This document shows, in pieces, positions 21,972 through 44,100 of a stretch of 64,000 nucleotides of DNA. The stretch's first letter is position 1, and every line of letters starts with the position of its first letter. The notes under the pieces were generated by a model. It did no database searches and was not told where the DNA came from. It was given only the letters and a program-made list of their open reading frames with translations. Position numbers and translations under genes: made by a program. Source of the DNA: Oopsacas minuta (lineage: Eukaryota > Animalia > Porifera); NCBI GenBank assembly GCA_024704765.1, contig JAKMXF010000365.1, forward strand, positions 620,001 through 684,000. Direction: 5' to 3'.

Positions 21972-24900
21972 CTATGTATCTACCATGTAGATTGGGAACC
22001 CTGCATCCAGCAAGCGATCCACTGCCTTCTCTTCCGATCTAGAAGTAACCATGAAATCTTTTAGAATCTCTAGGTCCACGGTAGGGAATAGACGTTTGAG
22101 TCTTGTCAGAGCTTGTTGTGGTAACATTTTCTGTACTCTATGTGATGCTTGTCTCCTGTTACCTCTAGGTCTCTCTCCTCTATGTACTCTCTGTAACGTG
22201 TTACTCGCCAAATCTTTAATATCCTCCTTCTTCCTTCTGTACGTGAAATGTAGCAGAATTGCTAATACAATTATAACAATGAATACTATTACTATGATGT
22301 ACCAATACTGAGCAAGCCAGTCTACGAATAAGATAGCACTCTCTAGTGTAAACAGATCCAGAAGTGAGTCTAGAATATTGTTGTTGTTTACCAGTTCACA
22401 CCTATATATTTACATATTTCAAATTAATCATATCATAAACAAATATCTGGCTACTCACTCTGGAGGAGTATCTTCACTACAGTAGCCTTCAAAGTTGCTA
22501 CAAGATCTCCCTGCTTCTCTGTAGAGCTTACCGAATCCCTCACCCAGCTGATCAATAGATATACAGGTTTCTGCCTGATCTGGTTGCATACAGCATAAAT
22601 CACAGAGTCTATCTGTAGCAGTACACTGACACTCTACAGTGTGTGTGACACTCATGGCACATAGAGATCCAGTACATTGTCCTTCGAGACAAGTTTGAGT
22701 AATACTGCAGGTCTGTCCATTTGGCATGTTGAGAGGGATGGGACAGGTCGCGGACATACCGTTACACTGAGATTCCTAAAGAACAGGTATACATTCATAT
22801 ACAGTGGATGTCGGTTATAAATCCCCTTAGAAGTAGCAATACATATTCCTATAACTGGCATAAAATATACAAGAATGTAAGAGAACTTTTTTCCAGAGGA
22901 TGGTGCTTATAACCGGGATCCACTGTAATTATATTATCCAATTAATAACCAATAATGCTGAAGTATAGAATAGAATAGTATACTATGGCCGAAGGTATTC
23001 TTATTGGAGACATAAATATAAGTAACTTACCGATGTGCAGGAAGTTTGGGGCTGACACACTTTCTGTTCTATGGCAGACACAAATGAACAATTTGCCTGA
23101 CAACACACACTACCAGTAGCTACATCTGGTGAGCACTGAGCAAATGGTAAGAACATGCACTCACCCTCTCCAGTACCACCAGGCTGACAACATATATCTT
23201 GACAGGAATCTACGTCACCACAGTCACAGTCCTCCCCCTCTTCTACCAATCCATTCCCACATACAGCTGTCGTAGATAGGAAACATGCAGGACTCTTAGC
23301 TAGTAACACCGGAGCTATAGAGCTGATGGAACAATCTGAGAATTTATCGTTATTTACTTGAGTACCATCAGTAGCTCTAGCATACATCAAATAATTTCCA
23401 TTTGGATTTCCGGAAGCTCCTGGAGAACAAAGTGTACTCTCTAACGGGTCATGTGGTGACCCGAAATTGTGTCCCCACTCATGTGCCACTGTTACTATAG
23501 TCACACCTCTTGGCTGTGGTTGTCCAAAGTTCAGGAACGTTACAATTCCTGTGTTCAAACTCCTTAAGCCTGCGCTGATTTGAACCTATTACAAGTATGT
23601 TAAAATTTTATAGACTCGTTAATACGAACACAGAAGTCTATCGTATTTTCATCTATTTTAACTCACCCTTTTTTGACAGATCCCTCCTAATTTTTGTGTA
23701 CCAGCTACCCATGCTAGTCCTAATACTCCATCATCAAATTCTCTATACCCGAATAACATAGCTAGACAGAAGGAATCCTGATCATACCTAGACCAGGTGT
23801 CTAGATAGTCACTTGAAGATTTGTATTCAGCGTTACCGAATAGATAGCTTGCTATGTTTGGGTTTGTAAACACTTCGACCTATTCGAAATATTCATAAAG
23901 TGTAGCTAAATTTGTGATAAATTCGGCGTACAAGACATACCATATTGTATATACTGTATTGATTACCTTAGCTAGAGTAAATGCTACATTATCTTGACCA
24001 TCCCCATCAAAATCTGTTCTTTTGTATATCTGGTTAGCCTCGTTAAGATGAGTAATTAGCTCGTTAATTGTCTGAATCTCATCATTCGCTCCTATATGCT
24101 GATAGAATGTGTGATCTGCTGCAAGGTACACAGGACATATGGGATTCTCTAAGAAAGCTCCTGCTCGCTTCTGTCTCCTTCCACCAGGTTGTATTATGTC
24201 AGGTTCTTCTTCTGCTCCTAAAATACGATTATATTACAGTCAACTCCTTATATCAAACACGGATATGTCCTTGAGCTTCGATATGACGGGAGTTGACTGC
24301 AAATAGCCCTATCTTACCTGGAGCACCGTCTGGCCAGTATTTCTCTCTGAGTTTGTTCAAATTATTCTCATAATTACATCTAGTTATATTCCGTAGCTCT
24401 TGTCTCATATCAGAGTAGCGATACAGGAGAGAATGGAAAGAAGCATCGTTAACAAATCTAATATACAATATTAATTCAATATATTGTTTCTACGTATATA
24501 GTACGTACTGACTAACCTATTAGCTGGTTCGATGTGAAAAGTACTATTAAACGCATGTATAATACCATCAAATACACCTGATCTTAGAACATGCCCGTGT
24601 ACATAAGACCCAGAGTCTCCTAACACTCTCCCTGTGTATTGGGTAGCAGGATCATAAGTAGAATTCTCTCTACCTTCAATACTAACTACAGTTATTTCTG
24701 CATTTGGATGAATTGAACTGGAATCTTGATTTATTTTCAAATTGAATATATGCCCAAATGCATTGAAACTGAATGAGATATGTCCTTCATCCTCATCTAG
24801 AATACTGCTAAATTGAGGTCCTAAATGCTTCATTCTTTGTGTCGTTGACTTGATAGCATTATGTTGTCTTATCAGCTCATTAGCATTGTAATCTAATGGC

Positions 24901-25016
24901 TCAAAGTTATCCAGTGTATCTGATATCCTGTTATTACCTGATCTTGATATTACTACTTGTTCTGTGGAAATCAGCACTAGGAACAATAGCAGTATTGACT
25001 GGAGAATAGCTGGCAT
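21972..25016 (-). CDS. ADAM10: ADAM10/Kuzbanian-like metalloprotease, multi-exon
   Basis: Signal peptide MPAILQSILLLFLVLIS, prodomain, furin site RRQKR, HEWGHNFGSPHD, Met-turn GNYLMYARAT, disintegrin VCGNGLVEEGEDCDCG, Cys-rich domain, TM segment VIVFIVIIVLAILL and a cytoplasmic tail. Confidence 0.92.
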
Positions 25017-25262
25017 TGAGCTAATTTTAAAGTTTTGAATTTCTAACATATGAATATACAATTTAGACTCTTGTTAGCAAGAACAGGGATAATACATGAC
25101 TCAGGATTGAAGTACAAATGTATATCATTTATCGGTCCCTTCAATGCTGTTACTCTTCACCAATGAAATATTGATTTTGCCAGAGAGAACAATAGTTATA
25201 AATTGAATCATTAATTAATTCAAGATGTAGACAATAATCAGAAAATATATTACCTCATAAAA

Positions 25263-33644
<8,382 letters not shown>

Positions 33645-33945
33645 TTCCTGATTCTCTCAACTATACAACTACCTTGTAATTATGTTAAACACTATATTGC
33701 AATTCCACAAATGTACAGATAAGTATTATAAGTTTGAATACTTCCAAGACCCACTATTATAGTCTTTATCCGGCTATTTACCTCTCAAATAATTAAATAA
33801 ATTGACAAATAAATAAATATAGCTTAAATATAAATCAATAAAGTATAGATACTATCATTAATCTTACCAGTGATAAACAATTGTATATTTCAAAAGAGGT
33901 ATAAATGAACAGAGCTACTATATATAATACATTTTCAATAGCTGA

Positions 33946-36900
33946 CTAAGTAGCCTCCACCAAAAACTCTCTACACACATCAATACCAACCAGAGGACTC
34001 TCAATATTACACTTCAGCCTAATATCTGGTATAGTTAACTGGGACATTCCTTGTGTAAGTTTTTGTACCTCATCACGTACACACGGGCATCTTCTATCAG
34101 CACCACTACTAGCAATACAATCACATAATAGTTTCTCTTCCAATTGTACACAGTTAACAGTCTCAGTAGTACCGTTACAATAACACTGTTGACATTTGAA
34201 TTCAACAGCTCGCTCTATAATGGCATCCGTGGTCTCTTTTAAAAATACTTGTGAGACTTTCTCCACCAGACTAGTGTCTGTACTCAAGAATGGTTCCATA
34301 TTCCACACGTGTGTTGAAACACTCTGTGTACACAATGCTAGATCCATGTAGTCACGCTTTACGTAACGAGCCTGACCTGATATATTTAATCTAGGATATA
34401 CTTGTACACTCCCACTTGCTGTTGTTGATTTTACAGTGCTTGTATCATCCAAGGACCATATAGTCATATCTTGAGCGTTAGAGTAAGCCACACCGAATAA
34501 GTTATCAATACTCGAAGTGTTAAATTTTAAAGTATTTACTATAAACTCTAAAACAAGAGAAGTTGTTTGTCTGAACTTCTCTAATATTGATTCGAATCCT
34601 GCTTCTGAATAATCATTTGTTTGTTCGTCTGTTACGAATAAAAACATAGGAATATACCGAATAATTTCAGTAGATCTCCGTAGAATAGCATGTTCAAGAG
34701 CAAAATTGAGAGTAGCGTATCCTGGCTCTATATATCCTATTACAGTTTTTCTTGCACTTTGTAAGTTATTGATTGCATTAACAAGTTGGTTCATTCTCAT
34801 TGGTACTGATGTGTATTGCGGATTATCTGGAGTGACAAACGTCATATCTGGTGTCACGAAATGTGGATCTCGGTAGAATTCTCCAGAACCGAATGCTATT
34901 AGTTGTACTAGATTGGGAGCAGAAGCTCTACTTCCCACACACTTATATAATAACTTTTGGTTTAGGATTGGGAGATTTGTGTTTACCCACTGATGAGATG
35001 CGAGGTTACCAGACGAATCATCTACTATCACGACAAAGTCCACAGCTACATTAGAAATACAGTCAGAAGCTTCTGTGAATATGAGTTTAGTTTGGTTACA
35101 TTGCATTACTTCTCCATTCTCCAGTGTACACTGACAGTCTATATATATATATATACAGATTATATTGCGACCAATATCGTAACGAAACTTCCCCCAAATA
35201 AGCAGAGTAAATACCGAAATCACTTAGATTTGTAGATAATTTTGTAAATAGTAAATACCTCTAAATTCTAAAACTATTTTGTGTACAAATCAATTTGTAT
35301 CGTGATTTACTCAAACCTGGCTAAGTCAGATTTTTAGTTAACCGCCTCCTACAGCTATGTGATACACACTTATTATTACAAAGTATACGCACCTTCACAT
35401 CTGCCTGTTGCACCAGGTCCAATACACTAAAATATACAATTTATAAAGAATTGAATAAATGAGTCAGTAAGTATTGATTTATATCTTACCTTGTGTGTCA
35501 TTGAAGCTCCATCACAATAGTACATTAATTTACCAGTAGGGTCAAAGTAGATACTTCCAGGTTCTGTACAACTTGTGGAATTGTAAGACTTCTAAATTAC
35601 AAATTAAACATTTTCTCTCAGATAGTACATGTAATTTATATAATTTCAACATACTTACATATGGGACAGGATCCCCCTTATCACCTTGAAGTCCCTAAAT
35701 CAACAGAAATTCGTTTAAATTCAATTCCTAGTCAATGGTTAATTGCTAAATGCTCACTATATTTCCTTGTAATCCTTGTTCTCCTTGTTCTCCTCTTGTT
35801 CCCTAAATAAAAACTCTATAATAATATTATGTATTCTTAAATTTTGTAATTATAATTATAATCTCACTTTAACTCCTTGCTCTCCTTTTATTCCTTGATC
35901 TCCTTGATCCCCCTATAATACATTAATAACTAAACTCTACATTAATTTACTATATTAAATTCAAAAATAAGATACTCACGGTAGAGCCTTGTGTTCCATT
36001 CATTCCAATCTCACCCTTCTCTCCCTATAGAATATAGAATTTCTAATTACATAAGCACTGTGTTGATACAATAATGTGAATAATTAGTGATATATAATGG
36101 TGAAACTACACGTGAAACAAGGGGAGACAAGCTTATTCCTGTATGAGACAAAATGTAGTGTTAGCGTTCAAGAGTTACTGAAGGAAATAATAGAGTTACA
36201 CAATCTCAGACTAAAAGTAGATCGCCTATGTGATGAGGTCATTAACATGGCAGATCATGGAGTAGCACTACCTCCTCATATGCAAGGACTAACTGATGAA
36301 CAGGTAGGAGCATAAGAATACAATTGTCCATATAGGTAATAGTGATTACATTGATATATTTATTACAGGTAGAAGAGCTGAAGCTAGTAGACGAGTGGGG
36401 GATAAGATGTCAGCCTAGCGGAGGAGTACGTAATAATAAAGATCCTGTGGGGAGACGGAATGGTCAGGCACCAAATGAAAAGATGCAAGATGTGTTGAAA
36501 CGAACAGCTGAAGAGTCTAGACAGATGGTGTCCAAGAAACTAATTGATGCAGGCACCTGTCTCACTCTACCCATGGTGCAAACAGCTCTTGACCAGCTCA
36601 GAGGAGCTACCATGATAGTATACCCTATGGGATTACCTCCACACGAACCTGTGGACATGGAACTGAAGGGCGAGGAGGATCTGTCTGGTACTCAAGCTAG
36701 TAAACTTGTTATTGCTCTCGATCAAGGAGCCCTCTGGTTCTCTGGAAAGCAAATGGATACTAAGAAAGAACTGGCAGATTACATAGGTCGTAACGAGAAG
36801 ACTAAAATCATTTGTAAGCTACAGAAACAAGGACATGGTGCCCCCGCCAGAGAGCCAATATTCACAGAGGATGAACAGAAGAAAATGATGGCTAGTGCGT

Positions 36901-37377
36901 ACAAGAGACAGGAGGAACTCAAAAAGCTAGAATCAGCTGATGATGACTCTCATCTACACTCTAAATGGGCGGATAACCACGGACTACAGAGGTCATTCCA
37001 AGGCCTCACAGACATTGGTTGGAAGCCGAAATAAATATTATTATATACACACAAACTACGTATATACGTAAGTATTATTAATAAGAATAATAAGAAAGCT
37101 ATTAAACTCAGTACAATCACTTACCTTCTGACCTTTACAACTGAATTCTGTGTTAAATGTTGAGTTTCTACACACACCAATAGGACCTACTTCTCCCTAC
37201 ACATATGTTACATTAGTAGTATACCTGGCCTCTTTAAAATACAGTTAATATTATTGTATTTATTCAGCTCAATTACCTTGATTCCTTTCGGTCCTTGTTG
37301 CCCTACATCTCCTTTTATCCCCTAAAAATAATATAATTTAATAAGCTTTGTCAGTTTTTCAAATTGAAGATGAAATA

Positions 37378-37423
<46 letters not shown>

Positions 37424-39815
37424 ACACTTGGTCTCCTATCTGCCCTGTCTCACCATTAGGCCCTCTCTTTCCCTACAAGATAGAGTATTATATAATTATC
37501 AATGACTCTTAAAATCAAGATAGTCACTCAATTTGGTAGTGAGATACAGAAATTTTACCTACCTGTATGCCCATTTGACCTTTCTCGCCTACTTCTCCTT
37601 TAATTCCTTTTAAGCCCTGTATATCAGCATAATTATTGATGAGTAATTATATTCTTAATTGCTTAATTAGATAATACTAATCCCTTAAATTTAATCATCA
37701 TATGCCTCCTAATAACATCAAAGTACTCTACACCAGCTATACTAATAACATACAATGATTTAAACTAACTATTATACAGTACACCTGAGGGGAGTTAAGT
37801 AGACTAAATATTTTGTATATTACGTATAAGGGTATAGCTAATCAATAATTATATTACCTGTTGTCCTATCTCTCCTTGCTCTCCCTGCAATCCACCAACA
37901 CCAGTAACTCCCTAAAATTAGACTTTATTAAATACAGCATTATTTCGTACATATAAATAACATTTTTGGCTTTCAAAACGAAAATTTACAAATACAATTA
38001 ACAAAGCAACATTAACCTACAATCTTACCATTTCACCCCTGATTCCTGTAGTTCCTTGCGGACCTCTCTGTCCTTTGTATCCCTATAAACAATTAATAAT
38101 AACATACTGGATATTTTATTACAAAAAAACACAAATTTCTTAACTACCTTTTCTCCTTTCCTCAATCTCTTTGTACATGCCTAAGTAATTAATATATTAT
38201 TAATGACATACATTGTAATAATATCCAATTAATCAGCCACACATCTTTCACTGAGTGGCATAATTTACATTGAGTGGATATTAATTAACTAATTTAGGTA
38301 AAGAAGGATTCTATGTCGTCCTAACTAATTGATTCGCTGATTTAATCTTTAAACGGTTATTTTATATTATCCGTTAATGACGTAAAGGAATTGTGTATTA
38401 ACTTTGTTAATATTTTAATAATCATTAATCATTTATGAAATAGTTAACTCACTGGATCTCTCATCTTGCAGATCCCACTTCCACCCATTTCTCCTTTATC
38501 TCCCTACACAAATATACGTATATTACCTTGGTTATAATTTATCCGTAATTATTCCAGAAATAAACTTACAGTAACACCTTCCAGTCCTCTCTGACCTCTC
38601 TTACCCTATATTGAATAATTACCTTATTAAAACATGTTCAATTCATTACATAATATTACGTCTTAAAGTTAGTTAATACTGAGATAATACCTCTTTTCCT
38701 CTGGTACAGCACTCTATATCTACAAAAATTTTTATAGAATTAATAATTTGTTTGTCTAATGATTTATTGCATTCTACTAGTTGATTTGTACCAATGTGAA
38801 CTTGAACCCACCAAATCAATTTGTAACCAATTAACACGAAAAGTAACAGCATATACAATAAATATAACTTACCAGGACAAATAGCTTCGCTAAGCATTTG
38901 AATGCTATCAATCCCTCCAGAAACAGTTGGAAATGTGAATAATGTTTTATTATCAGGATCTGTAGCAATATCTTCTAGTTGTGCTTGATCGAGATTATTT
39001 CCAAACGCGAACACAAATATTTTCACTCTTCTCTCTAACTCTAGTTTCCTACTCAATTCAGCTACATTTCTATCATCTTTTCCATCAGTGAATACTACTA
39101 ATACCCGCTGTGTATTTTCCTGCCTTTTAGCATGTGTAAATACATTTTGATGTACAAACTGTAGTGCATTGTATAGATCAGTACTGGTACCGGGATATTG
39201 CTCAAATTCTAGATGCACCAGTAATAAGTTTATCTCAGGAGTTAAATAACGGACATTGTTAATAGTAGATGTGAATACTGCATATCCTGCTTTGTTTTGA
39301 GCTGAATGATCGTACAGAGTCAGTATCTCACTGACCAACTGCTTTGAACGAATAAATTCTTCTTCACCCAAACTGCCCGATCCATCTATCAGGAAGAATA
39401 TATCCACTGGATTTGTGCATACCTCAATATCTAGAATACGAATTACAAAATAAATGTATCTGTATATATATATATATGTATATTAGAAGATTGGTGCGTA
39501 ATATTTCTATCATTGTAAATGCAATCTTGTTTATCAATCACTGTTGTGTATAACTTATTCAAACCTGAATAAAATATTGATTTTATTGTGGGTTTTGATT
39601 TTGCAGATTAGATTTGGGTATTGCATCTCTCTTTCATTGGTAAATCAACCAATTTGCATAAAATTAATTTTGTATCTTTTCCTCGAGATTAATTAATTAC
39701 TTTTAACGATATCTAAATACTATTATCAACACTCACCTCGTGCCACTAAACTCCCAATTAAACCGATACATAGCGCAAGTAGTATTGATAGTACTCTGTA
39801 GTTAGTAACGTGCAT
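33946..39815 (-). CDS. Collagen B: signal peptide - VWA - short interrupted triple helix - Cys-rich module - (probably) divergent VWA-like domain
   Basis: Signal exon 39815-39737 MHVTNYRVLSILLALCIGLIGSLVAR (phase 1). VWA exon 39430-38873 (DGSGS..FTDG). Micro-exons of 29,36,51,33,54,54,54,45,45,72,45,45,45,36 bp encode Gly-X-Y between 38.7 and 35.66 kb. Then exons 35591-35490 and 35426-35393, with an inferred phase-1 splice to 35138-33946. Confidence 0.8.
36097..37034 (+). CDS. CFAP298: CFAP298 (C21orf59/Kurly), two exons, nested in a collagen B intron
   Basis: MVKLHVKQG..HGVALPPHMQGLTDEQ|VEELKLVDEW..GRRNGQAP..YPMGLPPHEP..GRNEKTKIICKLQKQGHGAPAREP. Intron 36304-36368. Confidence 0.95.
37381..37421. 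repeat. (TAT)n trinucleotide microsatellite in a collagen intron
   Basis: Read directly from the sequence. Confidence 0.9.
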
Positions 39816-41100
39816 GATGACAAACAAATTCCATTCAATAAATAATGTTGGTAAATACTGTATTTTACTTCTATATAACAGTTATGCCATGGCAGTAGTT
39901 TGAGCATTCTGAAACTTGTACATATTATGTGTAAGTAAACCCTAAACTAGCCACAATCAAGTATAAGTCCTTCCATTTACTATTAACTAAAATATAAATT
40001 TAATAAACCGATTGAATTACAGTGCTAGATATTTCATAGCATTTAGCGAAACCACAAATAAGCTATTACATCCTATCCATTTGTTCGTTACAAAATATTT
40101 TCACTTTGTTTCACGGAGATCCTTCCATGTTCAATGATATGCTTGACAATTATGGAGTTATGCCTCCACGACCACCTGTTTCAGGTCGGTATATTCATGG
40201 AGACAACAATATGTTAAAGATTGATCCGGGTGTGGGAAAATCCTCTACATTGGCCTGAACTGAATAGGAATAATAATCCGTATCAGTTCCTAGATTCATA
40301 CATTAATTGGGTACATATTGATACACATAGTTATCTAATTATTTTATTAACTATCCTTAACAGAATTAATGAATTCAGACAATTTTTAATTCACAAACTC
40401 GAAGTGAATCATTTCATTGTACGTATGTTGAATGGTTTATCGATTATCGATCATGCACCTGCGTGAGAGATAAAGAGATAAATATGATAGTGACAATAGT
40501 TATTCGGTAGCCAAATTCAACTTCTGCACATAATCTCCACCACTAAATCAAATTCTTTAATAATTGGTTAACATAACCACGTATATTATACTATCAGATA
40601 TGAATATCTTAATTTTATCAAACTTAGTAAATGTAATCAATAAATATCAACATAGTGATATGCTATTAATTTCTATGTAAAGCTGCCCTATCATAGCGTC
40701 ATGAAGAATTGGGATGGAATTATCTATTATCTATTAATTTCCATATCCTAATACTAATATTAAAGTACATGTAGAAGCTATATGTACTTTCAATATCTAT
40801 ATCTAACATTGTAGATGTAGATGTTCCCCTCAAAATATTCAATACCTAAGTGCTAATTATTCTACAAATATAGTTGTAGGTGCTGTTTCAGAGGAAACTA
40901 GATTGTTTATAATGTTTAAATTTAACTGATAGTTAGTTTAATGAATGACACACAGTAAACAAAAATTACAGTACATGATTAGGAGAATATACAGAAGTAG
41001 TTCAAAATGCCTAGTTTACAAGATAGAAATGATAAAATGCAGAACTAATCAATCCAAATGTATAAAAATGAGTAGAAATAATTGTGAACTGTCTCAAACT

Positions 41101-44100
41101 TTACAGATTGCAAGGTGTCCTTCCGATACACTATAAAGAGAGTTATAATATAAATATGTAGACTAAGGAATATTCAAGGTAACTGGTCAGTAGTGTTGTA
41201 TGTTCCCAATTTTCCTAACAATTTACTCACTACACAATACAGTATTAAACTTACAAGGTATCTTCCTCCTGAACAATAGTATATCCTGTTGATCTCTGTA
41301 TCATATAACAGACTACCATCATCTAAACAAGGTTCTTGTTGGAATGTTCTCTATAGGAATAGATTATCGTTAAGTATACAGTCGATAACAGTTATTATAA
41401 TTAATATTTTACATCAAACTAACCTTCTCTATTGCATCTCCCATCTCTCCAGTTTCACCCTATATGATAATATATATACCGGAAATTTTGCAGGCTGTGA
41501 ATTAATAGTATTAATACTCAAGCACTGGTAAGGTTATTTTTTCGAATTTTCAGGAGTTCTATTTAATCATAGGGTATAGAGAATTACACTAAAATTTTGC
41601 TGACATAAAGTTAAGTAAAGAAAATAAATAAATATATTACCTTAGCACCAGGGAAACCATTGAATCCTTTTAATCCAGTTGCACCCTAAAATATGAGATA
41701 ACGTGATAACAAGATACACCAATGTAAAGTCGAGATAGTATAAATTTGTATTAGGAAATGGAGAGGAGATATGATTAGAATCTCTTTAAAATTCAATGAG
41801 TTTCAGACTTGAATGAGTATATACTTGTACTAATCTCCCGTGAGCCAATTAGTGACGGCAATAATGAGCTTGGTGATAGAAACTGGGGGCTTAAGCTCCC
41901 AGTAATCATTATAGATAACAGTTATGCACCGAATTTGGAATCTGTATTGATAAAAATATGATAGCTCTGTGATTAGTGATATTGTAATTCAACTCACTTT
42001 TTCTCCTTTTGGTGCGTCAATACCATCGTCTCCTAAAATTCCCTGTAGAAAAGAATGATTGATAAAACATTAATAATTAATACTATAAGCAAATAATAAT
42101 GGATAGATGAACTTACAGTAAATCCTTTTGATCCCTTTTGTCCGGTTTCACCTTGTTCGCCCTATTGAGTACAAAATTAATAAGATCTCATGTATAATCA
42201 GCTAAATGATGATTACTCACTTTAGCACCGAAACATTCACTAGATCTACAAACTCCAATTGATCCTGTATCTCCCTATAGAGGGTAACGTTGGTAAATTA
42301 CATAGTACATACATACATACAGTGTTTAATCATTTATCGTAATCAGATTTCTTACTTTGTCTCCTTTCTGGCCTTGTTCGCCTGTATCTCCTTTAGCACC
42401 CTAATCACAGAAGATATAATAACGCCATGTAGCTAGATGAAATAATAATGCTGGTTAAGATTGTGTAAACCTACCTCATCACCTTTGATGCCCTTCTGAC
42501 CAGGTTCTCCATCATTTCCCTGTGATAAGTGTAATAAAATAGAATATATAGATTATACTATAGATTATATTTGTTACTTACCCTGTCTCCTCTCCTTCCT
42601 TTATCACCTTGTATCCCATTCAAACCACTTTCTCCCTAAATATAAATTAGTAATGTTTTGTCATCTTCAAGATAAATAACAACTCACCTTAGAGCCTTTG
42701 TTACCTGTGTTTCCAGGAAATCCTTTTGGACCAGTTTCACCCTATAGTACACGTAATCGTGATTGAATAAGATTTAACAGTCAAATATCTATCTATGTAG
42801 AGATTTACTATCAAACACAAACTAACCATCACTCCAGGGGGGCCAGCTACTCCATTTGGTCCTTGAGGTCCCATATCACCCTAATATGTGAATGTGAGAA
42901 TAAATACAAATATTAGAGCACCATATGAATACAAACTTATCATATATATATATATACTCACAGGTTGTCCATTGAGCCCAGAGAATACACAATCCTGAAG
43001 ATGAAATAAATCAAAGTTTATGATGAATAATTATATATTTTAAGGCTATTAACTCACTTCAAGTGTTTCACATATACCATTCTTTCCTGGCTCACCAATT
43101 TCTCCCTACAAGGAATAACATTATTTAAATCAGGTATTAGATAATGGGACAACATATATCGGCTCAAATAATTCTGTATAAACTTACTCTAAATCCCATT
43201 GGACCACGGTCACCTCTAAAACCCTAAAGAAATACATTTATATAAATCGAGAATTAAGAATTAAATATTTGTATAATTCGAACTTACATTTGGGCCTTCA
43301 CAACAAGAACGAGGTTCTGTAGAATAGATAAAGTAAATAAATAAGAATGCACAGTAATAAAGAAATTATACTTTAAGAATGTGTATACTTACCAGGACAG
43401 GCAACCTCTACTACACTACTCAGAGCTTCACGAGCTACATCTATATTCGCAAATGTAAAGTTCAAATTGTCACTTGCTATTTGAGCTAATGTATTTTGAT
43501 CTGCTTGGCCAAAACCTACTGAAAGTATCTGAACATTACTTAGGGTTTTCAGTTGGTTAGCTCTCTCGACTATTTCAGTTTCGTTCCCTGTAGAGATCCC
43601 ATCCGTAAGGAAGAATAGAATACGAGAAACGCCTTGTCTCATATTGGAGGGGGTAAACTGATTATTGAAAATCTCGTCCAGCACAGGAAGGAATGCAGTT
43701 TGTCCACCAGAGTATGGAAGTGCAGCGAGCTGTTGCTTAACTTCAGTAGGGTTTCGATTTAAAGGTGTGCTTATAACTTCATCTGTGAAGAGTAAATACC
43801 CAAACCTATTATTGGTACTTATAAAGCTGTCGATTATCTGAACTACGAAATCAATTTCATTGAAGAATTCTACAGATCCCAAACTTCCACTCATATCAAT
43901 TGCAAAGTATATATCCAAGGGTTGTGTACAGACTATAGGAGGTTCTGTAGGAGCTGGAGTGGTAGGCTTAGTTGTAGCCATGGTTGTAGTTGTGGGAGGC
44001 GGAGGGTATGTAATTCGTATTTCACTAGTAGCCTCTTCAAATGGAAAATTGTCTAGCTCAACCTGAAGAAATATATAGTTAAGTTATACTACAGTAGTTG

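Noticed and set aside
39816-41100. Collagens A and B as one giant gene
   Set aside because: A ends in an in-frame stop (CIGRTPCNL*) and B has its own ATG/signal-peptide exon whose phase matches the VWA acceptor. Rare read-through splicing is not excluded.
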